A model generated the notes under the pieces. That model had not been told where the DNA came from. It saw only the letters and a list, made by a program, of their open reading frames with translations, and did not search any database. Shown one piece after another: positions 1 to 17,874 of a stretch of DNA of 64,000 nucleotides (positions are counted from its first letter, which is position 1; the number at the start of each line of letters is the position of its first letter). Source of the DNA: Neocallimastix sp. 'constans' (Eukaryota); NCBI GenBank assembly GCA_050613775.1, contig JBODTK010000011.1:992001-1056000 (forward strand). The letters are read 5' to 3'. The position numbers were made by a program, and so were the translations under genes.

Positions 1-3
1 TAT

Positions 4-42
<39 letters not shown>

Positions 43-152
43 TTCATTCATTCATTCATTCATTCATTTATTCATTTATTCATTTATTCATTTATCTATT
101 CATTTATTTACTTATTTATTTATTATTTATTTATTTATTTATTTACTTATTT

Positions 153-244
<92 letters not shown>

Positions 245-246
245 TT
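1..246. repeat. (TTTA/TTCA)n microsatellite
   Basis: Direct tetranucleotide repeat; paralogous copy at ~3644-3828 is followed by the same unique sequence. Confidence 0.95.
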
Positions 247-1330
247 GGTTTTGAATTTAATTATTAGTAAGTACTTTCTATTTATTCTTTTTAATTAGTA
301 ATTACTAATTATTAGTAATAAATTTTTATTCGAAATTATGGCAAATTCAACATATTTTAAAAATAAATGAATGAAAAAGTAATATATATATTAAATTTTA
401 TTTATAGTCTTATAATATACACTTCAATATATTATAATATATACTAATAATAAAATTAATATAATTGAACTTTGAAAAATATTAAAATCAATAAATTTTT
501 TTAAAAGTTAATTCCAATGCTATGATGAATTTTTTACTTCCAAAAATAATACTCCTTTATTATAGTAAAATAAAAATATCTCACTCAATTACAGAAAATA
601 TTATATTTAAAATATTTATAAAAAAATACAGAAATTAATAAAATAATGAAATATTAATAGAAAAAAATAGAAATCATTATTCAAGTATAAACATTATGAA
701 TGAATTTGTTTTTCTTTTTAAATTTCTATTTTAAATGTTTTATTTATATATATATTTAAAGTATTATATAAAAAAAACTTATTATACTAGATTTTTTTAA
801 TTATACTAATTTTTTTTCATTTTAAACCAAAAAAAGAAATACATTAAATTATATAAATTCCACATATATAAGTTTTATTTTTAATAATATATAAAAACCT
901 ATAAATAATATACTTAACGAAAGTTATATATCAAATTTATTACTTAAATTATTATCTATTATCATATATTGGAAAAAAATAGAATAAATTATTAAAATAA
1001 ATTAATGATAATATTTATAATTAAAACTTATTAAAATAAAATAAATTTTATATTTAATAGTCAATATAAGTTTGACTTGTTTTTCGATATAATTTTATTA
1101 ATTATTATATATTCTTTTTGTTTTTGATTTTTTTTTTAATTTTGTTTAAGTATGATAAAGTAATAACTGAAGCATCTGTTTATCTTATTCTATTCATTGA
1201 TTATTAATAGATAATATTTAACAAATTATGCTTTAACAATCACATTTATTTCTACTTTCCCATACAAATATAGTAGTTTTTTATATCCATTTATTATTTA
1301 TTATTTTTTTTTTTTTTTGACAAATAATAA
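247..1330. repeat. Segmental duplication copy A (polyubiquitin intergenic unit)
   Basis: Near-identical to 3829-4747 + 5792-~5910 (GGTTTTGAATTTAATTATTAGTAAG..., GAAGCATCTGTTTATCTTATTC); 2041-2082 also resembles 6004-6045. Confidence 0.9.
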
Positions 1331-2463
1331 ATTTTATTTAGTAATATTATTTATTCTTAAATTTAATAAAAAATACGAAATATATGAAAAATAATTTTAA
1401 TAAATGAAAATAAAAATAAAAATAAAATTTTTAAATTATTCAATAATTAATTATTTTTTTTAAAAAATTCTTTTATTTTTTTTAGTATATTCCCCTATTT
1501 TTTTTTTTTTTTTTATAATTAATTATTATACATTTTTATATTTTTTTTTCTTTTCTTTTCTACAAATAATATAATTAATATTTATTAAAATTTAACTATA
1601 TAGGATAAAAAATTCAATAACCTAAAATTAATCTACAAACATTTTATATTCATATTTATTTATTTATTTAATACTAAGTGAAGAATAGACTACTTTTGAA
1701 TATTTTAATCAGAAATAGTACCACCATCTTCTAATTATTTATTTGAACTATGTAGATAAAGATAATGAAACCATAACATCTTTAATTTTTCAATTTAATT
1801 TAACGAAATTATAATTTAATTTATCAGTTGAAAACTATAAATAATACACTTTTCTTTCAGCATTGTTGAACAATTTTCTATATATATTATTTATCATTGA
1901 ACAATTTTCTATATATATTATTTATCATAGTTTTCTTTTTTTTTTTAATTTAAATTATAATAGAATTTTAACTGAAGTATTTATTTAATTATATTTTTTT
2001 TTATTATAATTAATAAATAATGTTAAGTAAATTATATTTAAAATATTATGCTACTTTTTCTTCTACCATTCCATAAAGCAGTTGTTTTATAGCATTTATT
2101 CTTTTACTCTTCAACTTAAAAATAACAAAAAAAATAAAAAAATAAAAAGCATTTATTCTTTCCCTCTTAAACTCAAAAATAAAAAAAAATAAAAAAGAAA
2201 AAAAAAAAAAAGAAAAGAAAAAATAAATTATATTTTAAATAATAATCTTTATTATGTTATTGTTTAATAGTAACTTTTACATTAGAAAGTATACGCAATT
2301 AATTTAAAACATATTACTATTATTACATTTTTAAATGATATTTTTTTTATATATTAAAGCAAATATATCTTTATATTAAATAATTTAAATAGTAAAAATA
2401 TAAATAAAAGATAGAATAATTACATAATTTATATTAAGAAAAAAAAGTTCATATTAGCAAAAC

Positions 2464-3387
<924 letters not shown>

Positions 3388-3643
3388 TTATTATTATACT
3401 AGTTTAGATGATTCTAATAAATATTGATATATTAATTATTAATTATTAAGATTGATTGAATTGAATTATTTCCTTTAATTATGGTATAAGAATATTCCCT
3501 ATTATTTTAAAAAGTAGAAATATATTATTATTTCAAACAATAATGAATAATAAATATAAAGAGATAAATATTTTTAATTTTTTTTTTTTTTTTTCAAGAA
3601 AAATTTCAATCTTTTATACAAGATTTTCACATAATTAATTCTT

Positions 3644-3828
<185 letters not shown>

Positions 3829-4744
3829 GGTTTTGAATTTAATTATTAGTAAGTACTTTCTATTTATTCTTTTTAATTAGTAATTACTAATTATTAGTAA
3901 TAAATTTTTATTCGAAATTATGGCAAATTCTACATATTTTAAAAATAAATGAATGAAAAAGTAATATATATATTAAATTTTATTTATAGATCTTATAATA
4001 TACACTTCAATATATTATAATATATACTAATAATAAAATTAATATAATTGAATTTTGAAAAATATTAAAATCAATAAATTTTTTTAAAAATTTATTCCAA
4101 TGTTATGATGAATTTTTTAGTTCAAAAAATAATACTCCTTTATTATAGTAAAATAAAAATATCTCACTCAATTACAGAAAATATTATATTTAAAATATTT
4201 ATAAAAAAATACAGAAATTAATAAAATAATGAAATATTAATAGAAAAAAATAGAAATCATTATTCAAGTATAAATATTATGAAGGAATTCTTTTTTCTTT
4301 TTAAATTTCAATTCAATTATACTAAATTTTTTTCATTTTATACTAAAAAAAGAAATACATTAAATTATATAAATTCCACATATATAAGTTTTATTTCTAA
4401 TAATATATAAAAACCTATAAATAATATACTTAACGAAAGTTATATATCAAATTTACCACTAAAATTATTATCTATTATCATATATTGGAAAAAATAGAAT
4501 AAATTATTAAAATTAAAGTATTAATTATTAAAATAAATTAATGATAATGTTTATATTTAAAACTTTTATTAACTATTAAATATAAAATTTATTTTTTTTT
4601 TAATCAGTTTGTCTTGTTTTTCGATATAATTTTATTAATTATTATAGATTCTTTTTGTTTTTGTTTATATTTTAATTTTGTATAAGTATAATAAAGTAAC
4701 AACCGAAGCATCTGTTTATCTTATTCTGTTCATTGATTATTAAT

Positions 4745-4747
<3 letters not shown>

Positions 4748-4785
<38 letters not shown>

Positions 4786-5779
4786 CTTAGAGAATAACTT
4801 TATTTAATTTATAATAATAATAAAATTATATGAATTAAATGTAAAAATAACAAATAAAATACATGAAATAAAATATTATATATTATAAAATTATAAAAGT
4901 GCGTTAGAAGCAATAGCCTAACTTTTCCCATTCCTCGATAATAACACCACGTCCATTATTGCGAGTAATAATTTCAGTATTAGTGTTATCAATCGAATCT
5001 GTATCTGGAGGTGAAAATACATGCCTTATCATATCGATGTCGACGCTCCTGGTAACGGTAGATTCAACGGAATATCATTTCATCATCAAACTAAAAGATC
5101 GACAAATTAATGGTATTACGTTTGTTAGAAACTCCGCAATCCCCACAAAATACGGAACAGTTGACGAAGTTGAACTTTGCTTAAAAATATTGTCAACTAA
5201 TTGTCTTTGTTCCCCATCATTAACTTTAATTTTTGAATATATTGAACGCCCACCAAGAAGTGCACTCAATATATAATAATAAATATTATTATCATAATCC
5301 TTTTCTGAATCTAAAGAAACATCCAAGGATTTTTGTTCAATTATCATTGCAAACTTCAAAAAGAGATCATCTAGAAAAGGTAAAGATTTATTTCTGTAAT
5401 TTTCCAATTCTTTACAGGCAAAGATCCAGTGAGAAAAGCTAGGTACACTAACACCACAACAAGGGCAACATTTAGGGCAATCTTCTGAGACGATTTTTCT
5501 TTTAATGGAAATACTAATGTCAAATTTAAAACCACACCTAATTCGAGAAATCCAAAAGAATCCCAATTGATATTTAGGATATTGAAATGTTAAGTTTCTG
5601 ATTTCTGAAATAAATCCAAAATCATTCTCTTTGTAAATAATGGCTTTTTTAGCTTTTGAGGGTTTGAAGACATCCCTTTCCCAATAAAACTTTTTTATTT
5701 CATTTGTTTTTTTACCAATTAATTTCTTATCCAAAGTCCTTGATTCTTTAGTTCATGAGTAATGTGACATAGTAGGAAT
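4748..5779 (-). mobile_element. 5'-truncated non-LTR retrotransposon (LINE) with poly(A) tail and 12-bp TSD
   Basis: T-run 4748-4782; ATTATTAATAGA at 4736-4747 and 5780-5791; single copy of the motif at the empty site 1200-1211; ORF2 C-terminus with CPCC-x8-H-x4-C zinc knuckle. Confidence 0.9.
5075..5734 (-). pseudogene. LINE ORF2 C-terminal fragment (CCHC zinc-knuckle region)
   Basis: CPKCCPCCGVSVPSFSHWIFAC motif; no RT core because the element is truncated. Confidence 0.8.
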
Positions 5780-6508
5780 ATTATTAATAGATAATATTAA
5801 ACAAATTATGTTTTAGCAATCACATAATTATTTCTACTTTCCCATACAAATATAGTAGTTTTTTATATCCATTTATTATTTATTCTTTTTTTTTTTATTT
5901 TAGACAAATAATATAATTAAATTTTAACATTTAATAACTTACAACTGAAACATTTGTTTAATTATATCTTATTTATTATCATGATGTAAAGCAAATTTCA
6001 TTTAAAATATTATGCTACTATTTCTTCTACTATTTCATAAAGCAGTCTTTCTATGACAATCGTAATTTACTTATTTTTGAATTATTAAAAGTAAATATTA
6101 TATTAGTTTACTTTTCCTAAAAAAAAAAAATAAGATATAAATTTATACCCTTTATTATTTTTATACTATTTAGGTTAACTTCATAAAAAAAATTACATTA
6201 TTCCATTTTAATTGATATAATTTATTTTTAATCAAAAATACACAATATGAGGAAATAATAATTTTTAATAAAAATTAGAAAAAATAAAAAACTAAATTAT
6301 TTTATAATTATTTATTTGTTCAAAAAACTTTCAATTTATTCTTTTATTATTTTTTATTATTATTTATAATATATTTTTATTTTTATTTTCTTTTTTTACA
6401 AATAGTTTAATTCAAATTTATCAAATATTACTTTTTAAAATATAAAATCTTCTTTGAATTTTATTGAAGTTAATCTTTTAACATTCAATAATTAATTATA
6501 TATTTTAT

Positions 6509-7891
<1,383 letters not shown>

Positions 7892-8959
7892 TTATTTTCA
7901 ATGATTTTACTATAAAATGAATATTAATTAATTTACTATATATATTCCCTTTAAAGTATATATTAATTTAATTTTATTATATTTCTCCTTATTAAAAATT
8001 AAAATAACTAAAAAACTTTAATATTAAACGGTATAACTATTTTTAAAAAATTCAATGTTTTTTTTTTTTTTTTTGAAGTAAAATTTTTGCTTTATATATT
8101 AAAATTTTTTTTTAAAATTATAATTAAATAAAAAATAAACAATTTATGAATAATAAATATAATATATATATTGATATTTATATTTATTTATATTATTATT
8201 AATATATATTATTATATTTATTTAATTATATATTATAATTTAATTAAAAGAATGAATTATTTTATTTATTTAATTAAAAAATAAAAATAAAACATAAAAT
8301 GTAAAAAATTTATTGATTAAAGTTAATTATTATCGGATTATTCTTGAGTTCTACAAAAAAAAATTATATCCAATAATACAACAGACATTACTAATAAATA
8401 TTCTTTTTTTTTTTTACTTTCAACTTTTTGAAAGGCTTAAATAAATAAATATAAAATAAATGAATATAGAATAAATAAATATAAAATAAATAAATATTAA
8501 ATAAATAAATATAAAATAAATAAATATTAAATAAATAAATATAAAATAAATAAAATACAGTATTTAAATGAATGAATGAAATACGAATAATAATAATAAG
8601 CATTTCTAAATAAAATAAAGTAAAAAGAAATAAAAGATAAAAAAAATAAAAAGGATTAACTATTTTAAATTATTATCATTTTATTGTTTATTTTTATTTT
8701 TACTATTATGATTTCCAGTTAAAATTTACTCTGCCATTTTTTTTATCTTGAATAGTTATTTATTATTATCATTATTATTATTATCATATTATTATTATTA
8801 TTATTCATTATTATTATGGTTAAACCACCCTTTTTTTATTTTTTTTTTACTAAATCTATTTTAAATTAATTTATCTAGAAAGATCTTATAATTTAAATAT
8901 TAATTTTATTTTTTTACTTATTATTAATTTATCACTATTATACATTTATTAATAATAAT

Positions 8960-9650
8960 TATTATTTATTATTTATTATTTATTATTTATTATTTATTAT
9001 TTATTATTTATAATTTATTATTTATTATTTATTATTTATAATTTATTATTTATTATTTATTATTTATTATTTATTATTTATTATTTATTATTTATTATTT
9101 ATTATTTATTATTTATTATTTATTATTTATTATTTATTATTTATTATTTATTATTTATTATTTATTATTTATTATTTATTATTTATTATTTATTATTTAT
9201 TATTTATTATTTATTATTTATTATTTATTATTTATTATTTATTATTTATTATTTATTATTTTATTATTTATTATTTATTATTTATTATTTATTATTTATT
9301 ATTTAGTATTTAGTATTTATTATTTATTATTTATTATTTATTATTTATTATTTATTATTTATTATTTATAATTTATTATTTATTATTTATTATTTATAAT
9401 TTATTATTTATTATTTATTATTTATTATTTATTATTTATTATTTATTATTTATTATTTATTATTTATTATTTATTATTTATTATTTATTATTTATTATTT
9501 ATTATTTATTATTTATTATTTATTATTTATTATTTATTATTTATTATTTATTATTTATTATTTATTATTTATTATTTATTATTTATTATTTATTATTTAT
9601 TATTTATTATTTATTATTTATTGTTTATTATTTATTATTTATCATTTATT
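8960..9650. repeat. (TTATTTA)n heptamer satellite
   Basis: ~690 bp of near-perfect 7-bp repeat. Confidence 0.95.
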
Positions 9651-10252
9651 AATAGGATATACAAATTAGTATATCCTATTAAAACAAATTAGTAAATATA
9701 ATTTTAAATTACTAATTATTAATCATAATCAACTTCTTAATTTGATGATTGATTAAGAATTAAACAAATATATTATATGTATTTACTAATTTATATTATA
9801 TTAATATATGTGTTTTAAATAAAAATTTAAAAAAAGTTTAAATACTTTAAATTATTATTTATTAACTAAAAATGTTTAAAATTAAAAATTTAATATAAAT
9901 ATATTTGTAAATATATTTGTGAATATTAATATGAATATATTTGTAAATATAAATATATTTGAAAATATTTCAAATTAAATAAAAAATAAGAATTTTAAAG
10001 TTTTATTTTTTAATAAAAAATTAAGTCATATTTTTAATTTCAATATTATCACAATTATTAATTATTTATAATTTATTTATTTTTATATTATTTATTTAAA
10101 TTTTATATTATATTAATCAAAAAGAAATATTATGGATTAGATTATTATTTTAATAATCTAACCCATAATATTTTTGGAATAATATAAAATTTAAAGATTA
10201 AATTAATGAAATTAATATATTATAAATATTATGAATTAATCATTATTTAATT

Positions 10253-10311
<59 letters not shown>

Positions 10312-11539
10312 TTAAAATTTATTTATACTACTTTTTTTAATTTATTACACATTTGAAGAAACGAATATTTTTACTAAATGTATTTTTTATTTATTACTCT
10401 TTCTGTGTCTATAATAATAGTTGTTGATAATATATTATTTTTACTTCCAAATGATCATTAAGTTAAGTCTTATTTCCTGTATTCTTTAGCTTTACCAATA
10501 TTATGACAAGATAAATTTTTTCAGTACTAAAATTTGACTAATGAATCTTTGGGATTTATGAAATATTATTATTATTTCAATTCCAATAAAATGAAAGACT
10601 AAAGAATTACCTTTGAATTAGATTAATTATTTGTATAATATATTATATAATAACCTCGATATATAAATTACTAAAAAATAAATTATTGTATAATATTATA
10701 AATGCTTAAAGAGAATAATAGAATAATAGAAGTCCTTTTTTTTTTTAAAAAAAATTAATAATAATAATATTTTGATGACACAAGTAAAAAATAATTAAAA
10801 TATAAATATATTTTATTGTATTATATCTTGATTACTTGATAATTATTGAAAGTTATTTAGTTATTTAATAATTTTTTCCAATTTGGAATAAAAATTCGAA
10901 TTGTTTCAATAATAAGGGTTATAAATAAATAATTTATATAAATAATAAATAATATTAATAATAAATAAATAAATAAAAAATAAATAAGATTATTATTCTC
11001 TTATTTTATTTCTGTAATTTATTTAAAAGGATTTTCTTTCTTATTTTAACTATTTTTTTTAAATATTTTTTTTTAAATATAATTTTTTTTAATTTTTTTT
11101 ATTAAATTAAATTACACGATATATTATCACTATATAACATAATATATTATAATATATATGCAATTATATTATATTACATAATACATTAATAATATATTAT
11201 TAATTATTTAATTAATATAATAAAAAAATTATTCCAATAGTCCAAATTTTAAATTAAAAATTTTAAATATATCAAAATTTTATTTGTCTTTTTTTTTTTT
11301 TTTTTTTTTTTATGTCTAAAATTTTTTTATTAAAATGAAGAATGATAGAAAATAGAAAATCCATTAGATTTAAAAATAGTAATTTTACTATTAATTAATT
11401 AAATTGATAAATTAATAAATGGTATATAGTTTTAAAGTAATATATATATATATATTTTTAATTAAAGTTTAATTCCTTTTATTTTCTCAAAATTTTCAAA
11501 ATTTATTTTTTAGTAATAATTTATAATTAATATTCATAG

Positions 11540-12750
11540 ACGGAAAAAGTTCAGATCTTGTTACAATGTGCTGGAGAATTAGTGCTATTGAAATTTGTGA
11601 TATGAAAGGATTTTCAGAAATTAACGCTGGATGTTGCCGAAGGACTAAAGTCTGTTACTTTTCGTGATATGGAGATAAATGAAGAATTTGGTGATAAGTT
11701 TCGGGAGCTATTTGGAGATTTGATTGATTATTTAAACTTTTGGTAGATGTTCGTTGGCTCAGGGAGAAACGTTTCATGATTTTCTTTCTGGGGAGTATAG
11801 TGTAAAATATCTTGAAATTAATGACAGAATGCTGACGGATGATGATGTTATATTGACTTTCCACAATATATATCCTTGGTTGTTGAAGTCTGTCCCCTTT
11901 TTAGGGATGATGAAGTTGAATGTTAAGAAGATAAATTCTGGTATTAGAAATTCGTACGCTCTATTTCCCGACGAAGTTATAAAATTTGTAGTTTAAGCTT
12001 TTAATTAGATTGGAATTTATGTTATTTTCTATTTAGCAATATGGAACTAAAAGTTTATGGTGTCTTGGAGATTGTGAAGATCATTAAATCATTCTTGCTT
12101 TAGTTAAAGTAACAACATACTTAGTTTTACTCATTGGATAGTTTTTATGTCCTAAATTTGGATAATGTAGGTAAAAATACATTCATTTTGTTGATGAAAT
12201 TTTTTATTAAATGTTTTTTGATTGTTCATGAGAAATCTATGAGTATTCCTGATGATAAAGAAGATGATTTTGATGATAATATTATTTTTTACATGCTGTG
12301 TTTCCTTTTTGACGGAAATACAATATATAAAATAATAAAGATTGGTTCAGGGGAAAGAAGACGTTTCATTAATAATATCTTTCAATCACCTTTGAGACTG
12401 AGTCTGCTTTCCAAATTTATATTTTTTTAGGGGCTAACGGAATTCCTTACTAATATAATGCCTATTGTGACTAGTGTCTTTTATTGTATTATTAATTTGT
12501 ATAATTGGTATATCCTTAGACATACCATTGTCAAGAGCGTAGACATCGAAATGATAAGTCAAAAAAAAGAAATTCTGATATACATTTAAATATTAATTTA
12601 TATATTTTTATCCATATGGAATTATCATTGATGAATGGGAAGAGTTAGAGTATTTTAATATTAATGTAAAAAATTTCATGTATTTTATTTTCATATATAT
12701 ATATATTTTTTTAATAAATATTATTAAATAAGTTTATCCTGGTCTAAAAT
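11540..12750 (+). mobile_element. Degenerate LINE relic, same family as 4748-5779
   Basis: FDDNIIFYMLCFLFDGNTIYKIIKIGSGERRRFINNIF aligns with YDNNIYYYILSALLGGRSIYSKIKVNDGEQRQLVDNIF; 3' UTR similar (TTCATGTATTTTATTT; ...GTCTAAAA); boundaries approximate. Confidence 0.75.
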
Positions 12751-12785
12751 ATATATAAATTATTTATAATTTTTATTTTTATTTT

Positions 12786-12820
<35 letters not shown>

Positions 12821-13079
12821 ATTATTATTTTTATTTTAAAATGTTTCAATCAATAATTAAATTTTAAAAGATTCTTTTTATAAAATAATTATTAAATTTT
12901 ATAAATTTTTTTTCCAAAAATAATTATTATATTTTATATTATTATTATTATTACAATAATGTTTTTATTATAGTATTATTTATTATAAACTACTAATTAT
13001 ATTATAATATTAATAAAATTTATAAGATTCTTATTATTATAATCTAATAATTAGATTAATGAAAAATAACTAATAACTA

Positions 13080-13172
13080 ATAAATAAATAAATACATAAA
13101 TAAATAAATAAATAAATAAATAAATACATAAATAAATAAATACATAAATAAATAAATACATAAATAAATACA

Positions 13173-13207
<35 letters not shown>

Positions 13208-13210
13208 ATA
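13080..13210. repeat. (TAAA/TACA)n microsatellite
   Basis: Direct repeat. Confidence 0.9.
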
Positions 13211-13622
13211 TTTAATTAAAAACTAATATTTTTGCTTTAATTAAATCGTTACACAATATTAGTTATTACTATGTATATTTATATTTTTTAAATTAACTAG
13301 TATTTTATTGCTATATTTTTTTTTATTTATTACTACATTTCCGTAGCTAACTTTATATAATTTTTTTAAATTACAGTTGTTATTATAAAGTTTATTTTAA
13401 GCTAAAAAAATTTTAAGCCCAAAAAAAATTTTTTCACGATTAAAAAATTTCAGTTCGAAAAGAAATTCGGTTTTAAAAAATTTTTTTTTTTTTTTTAGAA
13501 AAATTCTGTAACAAAAATATTTCAAGTCCAAAGATATTTTTAGATTTGATTTTTTTTTTTTTTTTTTGGAGCTGAAACTCTTCAAGACTTGAATATTTTT
13601 TGAATTGAAACTTTTTAGATTT

Positions 13623-13654
<32 letters not shown>

Positions 13655-13937
13655 CATTTCCAAAAAAAAAAAAATTATTATTAATGAACGTTTTTGGAAA
13701 ATTTTATTACTTTGGAGCTATTTATCGTAGGGCTGTTTTATATGCTGACTATAGACTTGATTAATTATTCAACATAGAATTTAATTATAATATTAATTAT
13801 AATTAAATTACTATATCAATCTAATAATCAATTATTAATTAATTATTAGAAAGGAGTAAAAATAAATATTGAAATATTTATCTTTATTAAAGAAAATTTA
13901 TTATAATTTATAATAAACAACAAAACACAACATAGCA

Positions 13938-16100
13938 ATGTAAGGAGGGAATTATAAATTATGTTTTAGTAAAATATATTATTATTTTAATAATAACATG
14001 ATTTTTAAAAAGAGAAATCAAAGAGGTATTTATATACAAATTGTAAAATAAATTTAATTTTCTGAACATAACCAAAATCTTTTCAAGAAAAAGATTAGGA
14101 ATAATTAAATAATAGATTAGAAAATTAGAAAATGCTTCTTGCTATTTTATTTTATAGTAAAGTGAAGAGAAGAGTTTAATTTTTTAGTGTTGTTACAATA
14201 AATAAAGAAGGTGTCTAAATAAAATAAATAAAATCAAAAAATATTTAAAATTTTTTTTCTACATATATTAAATTCGTATCAACTTGGTGGAGATATTAAA
14301 GACAGAAAGAAACATAAATCAATTGAAGAAATATTAAACCTAGTAAAATAAGTAAAATAAGTAAAATAAGTAAAATAAAATTAAATAAAATGAATAATAA
14401 TAAATAATTAAAGTAATAATAAAAATAAAACTATTATAATTATAAATTATTTACATTAAAGTATGGCCGAAAGTAGTACAACCCTTACACCAACCACAAC
14501 TTCTAATTCCCACTCCTGAAAGTACTGTATATGTTGTCTCATTGGGAACTAAAAAAATCCTCGTTTTCCTCTTCCTATTTTTAAATAGCAATATAAAACA
14601 TACCATACGGAAATGTCAACTGGAGGACTGATTTTTCAATGAAGGTATACAAGAGCAAGCTCCTCAGTTCGAAGTAATAATCAGTTGTATTAAAATCTAA
14701 GATAGAATTGAAAAACTTGTGAAAAATGAGAACATCTGTAGAGTTGACTACCCTCTTTCGATGAATGCTATTCGTCCAAGAATTGAGTTATACCACATTC
14801 TTACTTTGTGAGAACCTTCCACCATTGGAGATACTTGTCCGATTCCCAGAGAATTATGAGTATTGACAAGAGTACAATTCAATGATTTATGGAAATCTTT
14901 ATCGTTATTTGGACCCTTATAAACCTTCGATGAATCAAAGGGGAAATAAAGATAGTAATTTTTAAAAATACAGAATCTATGAATAATAATAATAAGACTA
15001 CTTCTTCGGATCCCCTTTTGGCACCTCCAGATTTTACTCTCTAATAAGAAGGAAAAGACAATGACCCTAATGAATCTAGCTAAAGAGATTGAAAAGTATG
15101 ATATATATAAAGATCTTGATAACACCAAAGCTAATGTAGTTTTCCCTCAGTTTCTAGAATTATCTAACCAGAATCGCAATAATTTGACTAAAGGGCTGAA
15201 AAAGGAACGAGTGGATGCATCCATCGTTATGAATCTAGTAAAACAAGGTGAGCTAAAGACTTAAATTGAAATGGCGAATAATTCCTATCATGCACAATTG
15301 AAGTTTTATCTTCTGCTTTACGGGCTCTTCCTACGACTTAAAAACTCAGTTACTGATCACTCTAGCGTCGAATATGTCTATGGACGTGAAGATCAGCAAC
15401 CTTTCAATATTGCTGCAAGACCAACCAAGGGCGTCAATAAATCCTCGGATAAAATATTATTAGAAAAATTTATTAACCATTTCTTATGGACTATGGAAGC
15501 TGCTGCTAATATAATGATTGCTAATAAATATTGGGTAACTCGTAAAGAACAGAAAAACAGTATGAACCAAGCTAAAAGAATTACATCCGGTGTCTTAGTT
15601 TTAATAAGAAACTTTAGTAACTCCTACCGATCCCAAGTCCGGTATTTAAATGAGCTGTAACCTTCATTTGAAGAACGTAGTAAAATTTCTCTCTATTTTT
15701 GTGTTAGCTTGAGTCTTAGAGGGGGTATCTTAATAAGAAATGACGAAATGATGTTAATTTAGTTATTTTTCTGAAATAATAATTTAATCATTAAATTAAA
15801 TTATTCGTATCTCTTACTTTTAGAACTTTCCTATATTCTATGAATGTCAAAATTATTATTTTATTAATATCGATATCCATATCTTTTTCGATATAGGTAT
15901 TATTATCAGTAATTATTTTTATTATTATTATTATTATTTATGTTACAAAAACTTTATAATTCCAAACTTTTACATTGTAGGATGTTGCTGCATTTTTTGA
16001 GTAATGTTTTTGCTATACTTGGCATAACCAGAAGTTATTACAACTGATAATGGAGTTCAAACTTTATTGGACTTTACCAAATTACTTTTAGATCTCTATT
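13938..16100 (+). mobile_element. Degenerate Ty3/Gypsy relic related to Gypsy-1
   Basis: tRNA-Ala-type PBS TGGTGGAGATAT at 14285; integrase tail YGREDQQPFNIA..KYWVTR (15271-15660); PPT-like GAGGGGGTATCT ~15719; further integrase fragment ~15990-16095; ends uncertain. Confidence 0.7.
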
Positions 16101-16249
16101 AGAATTAGTTTTTCGAAGGCTATGATGAATTTCATTTTTATATCAATAATCATAAAATAATATTAACAAAAGTTTTATGATCTAAAAATATAGCAAGAAA
16201 TATAATAAGCAGTCCAGAATTATCTAAAATAGGAATTAAAAACTTTGTC

Positions 16250-16548
16250 TGATATATCAAAAGATAATATTCCTACATTATCAATTTTAAATAAAAAATT
16301 ATAAAAAAATTACTACCATTTACGCAAATAAAAATAATGAAATTCTTATAACAGTAAAGTATTGTTGCAAAATTAAAAATTATATTAAAAAATATATTTT
16401 CAATGTAAATGTAAATAAACTAAATAAAGAAAGTATATAAATATGGCATAAAAGACTAAGACATTATTACATTGAAAATATAGATAAATATTTATTTAAT
16501 ATTTAAAATATTTCCTGTCCTAATTGTGGTATATCAAAGATGAAATAG
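16250..16548 (+). pseudogene. Ty1/copia integrase HHCC remnant
   Basis: 16441 onward reads IWHKRLRHYY...*..CPNCGISKMK, similar to LWHRRLGHF...CPICSRAKLK in the copia below. Confidence 0.65.
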
Positions 16549-16691
16549 ACTATATATTTATTTATAATATATATATATATTTATATGAATTTCTATTCAA
16601 ATAAATAAATAAATAAAAGGAAATAAATAAAAAGAAATAAATAAAAGAAAAAATATAATAAAAAAATTAAAATGAAAAAAATTATAAAAAA

Positions 16692-16722
<31 letters not shown>

Positions 16723-16920
16723 CATAAAATAATTATAAAATTAAATAATATAATTAAAAAAAAAAAAAAAAAAAGAAAAATATGTTGATAGTAAAATTAT
16801 TTAAATTAAAAATAAAAAATGACTCATACTATGTCTTTTCACTCATTACGTAATAGTGATAAGTTTCAAAGGAATTAGAAACTGCGAACATAGATATTTT
16901 CTCATTGTCATATGAAAACA

Positions 16921-16992
16921 AGGGGCGTTCCGGATTTGAACCGAAGACCTATTGATCTGCAGTCAATTGCTCTACCGCTGAGCTAACACCCC
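16921..16992 (-). tRNA. tRNA-Cys(GCA), intronless
   Basis: Reverse complement GGGGTGTTAGCTCAGCGGTAGAGCAATTGACTGCAGATCAATAGGTCTTCGGTTCAAATCCGGAACGCCCCT folds as a full cloverleaf with GCA anticodon, U discriminator and a T4 run just downstream. Confidence 0.96.
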
Positions 16993-17507
16993 CATTTTCA
17001 TTTTTTTTTGATAAGAATGTACTAAATAATGCATTCTTAATTAAATCTACGATTTATTTCTAATACATTATGTGTACATTATTATTTTTGTACTTTAATA
17101 AATTTTTAAATCCAAAGATCAAAAATTAAATCAAAAATTATATTAAACTTTATGTTTTTATATTAAATCTTATATTAAAAGTAATATTTTTATATATTTA
17201 AAACTTATATTAGCAATATTAATAATAAATCTTATTTTTTTTTTTATATTAATAATGAAAATTTATATTAATAATATTTTTATATATTGATAATTAAAAA
17301 TTTATATATTATATTTTAACTTTTTATTATAAAATTTTATATCGAAATGTTTTATTTTATATTGAAAAATATTTTATTTTATTAAAAACCTTTATATTAG
17401 AATAGTATTTTTATTTTTATTTGAATATTTTAACAGATTGTAATAAAAATTATAGCCAATTAAATAAATTCTTATTAGTAATATTTTAGATATTTTTAAA
17501 TAAATAA

Positions 17508-17555
<48 letters not shown>

Positions 17556-17856
17556 TTTTATTAATATTATAAATGTATTTTATTTATATTGTTATAATTA
17601 AATTTTATATAATTAATTATAAAAATCAATTTAAATTTAATAGTTTTTATAAAAAAAAAAATAAATAAAATGTAATTTAGTGGCAAGAACAACTTTTATG
17701 CCTTGAAAAAGGTATAAATAGTTGTAAATTTTGCTACTAATTTTTAAATATCATCAAGTAAAATTAATAAAATAAATAAAAATAATAAATAAATAAATAA
17801 AATTTGTGTTTCCTTACTTTATTTTTATTTAATTCTCTAAAACCTTAACATTTATA

Positions 17857-17874
17857 TGGTGGAGATATCGGGGA
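17857..17874 (+). other. Primer-binding site, tRNA-Ala-like
   Basis: TGGTGGAGATATCGGGGA is complementary to ...UCCCCGAUAUCUCCACCA; lies 6 nt after the LTR. Confidence 0.8.

Noticed and set aside
8960..9650. Telomeric repeat
   Set aside because: No G-rich strand; an internal AT satellite
8391..13663. Short ORFs at 8391, 11655 and 13397
   Set aside because: Low-complexity repeat translations or antisense to the LINE relic; no domain signal
17510..17553. Poly(A) tract as a retroposed tail
   Set aside because: Present in both Gypsy-1 LTRs, so intrinsic to the LTR
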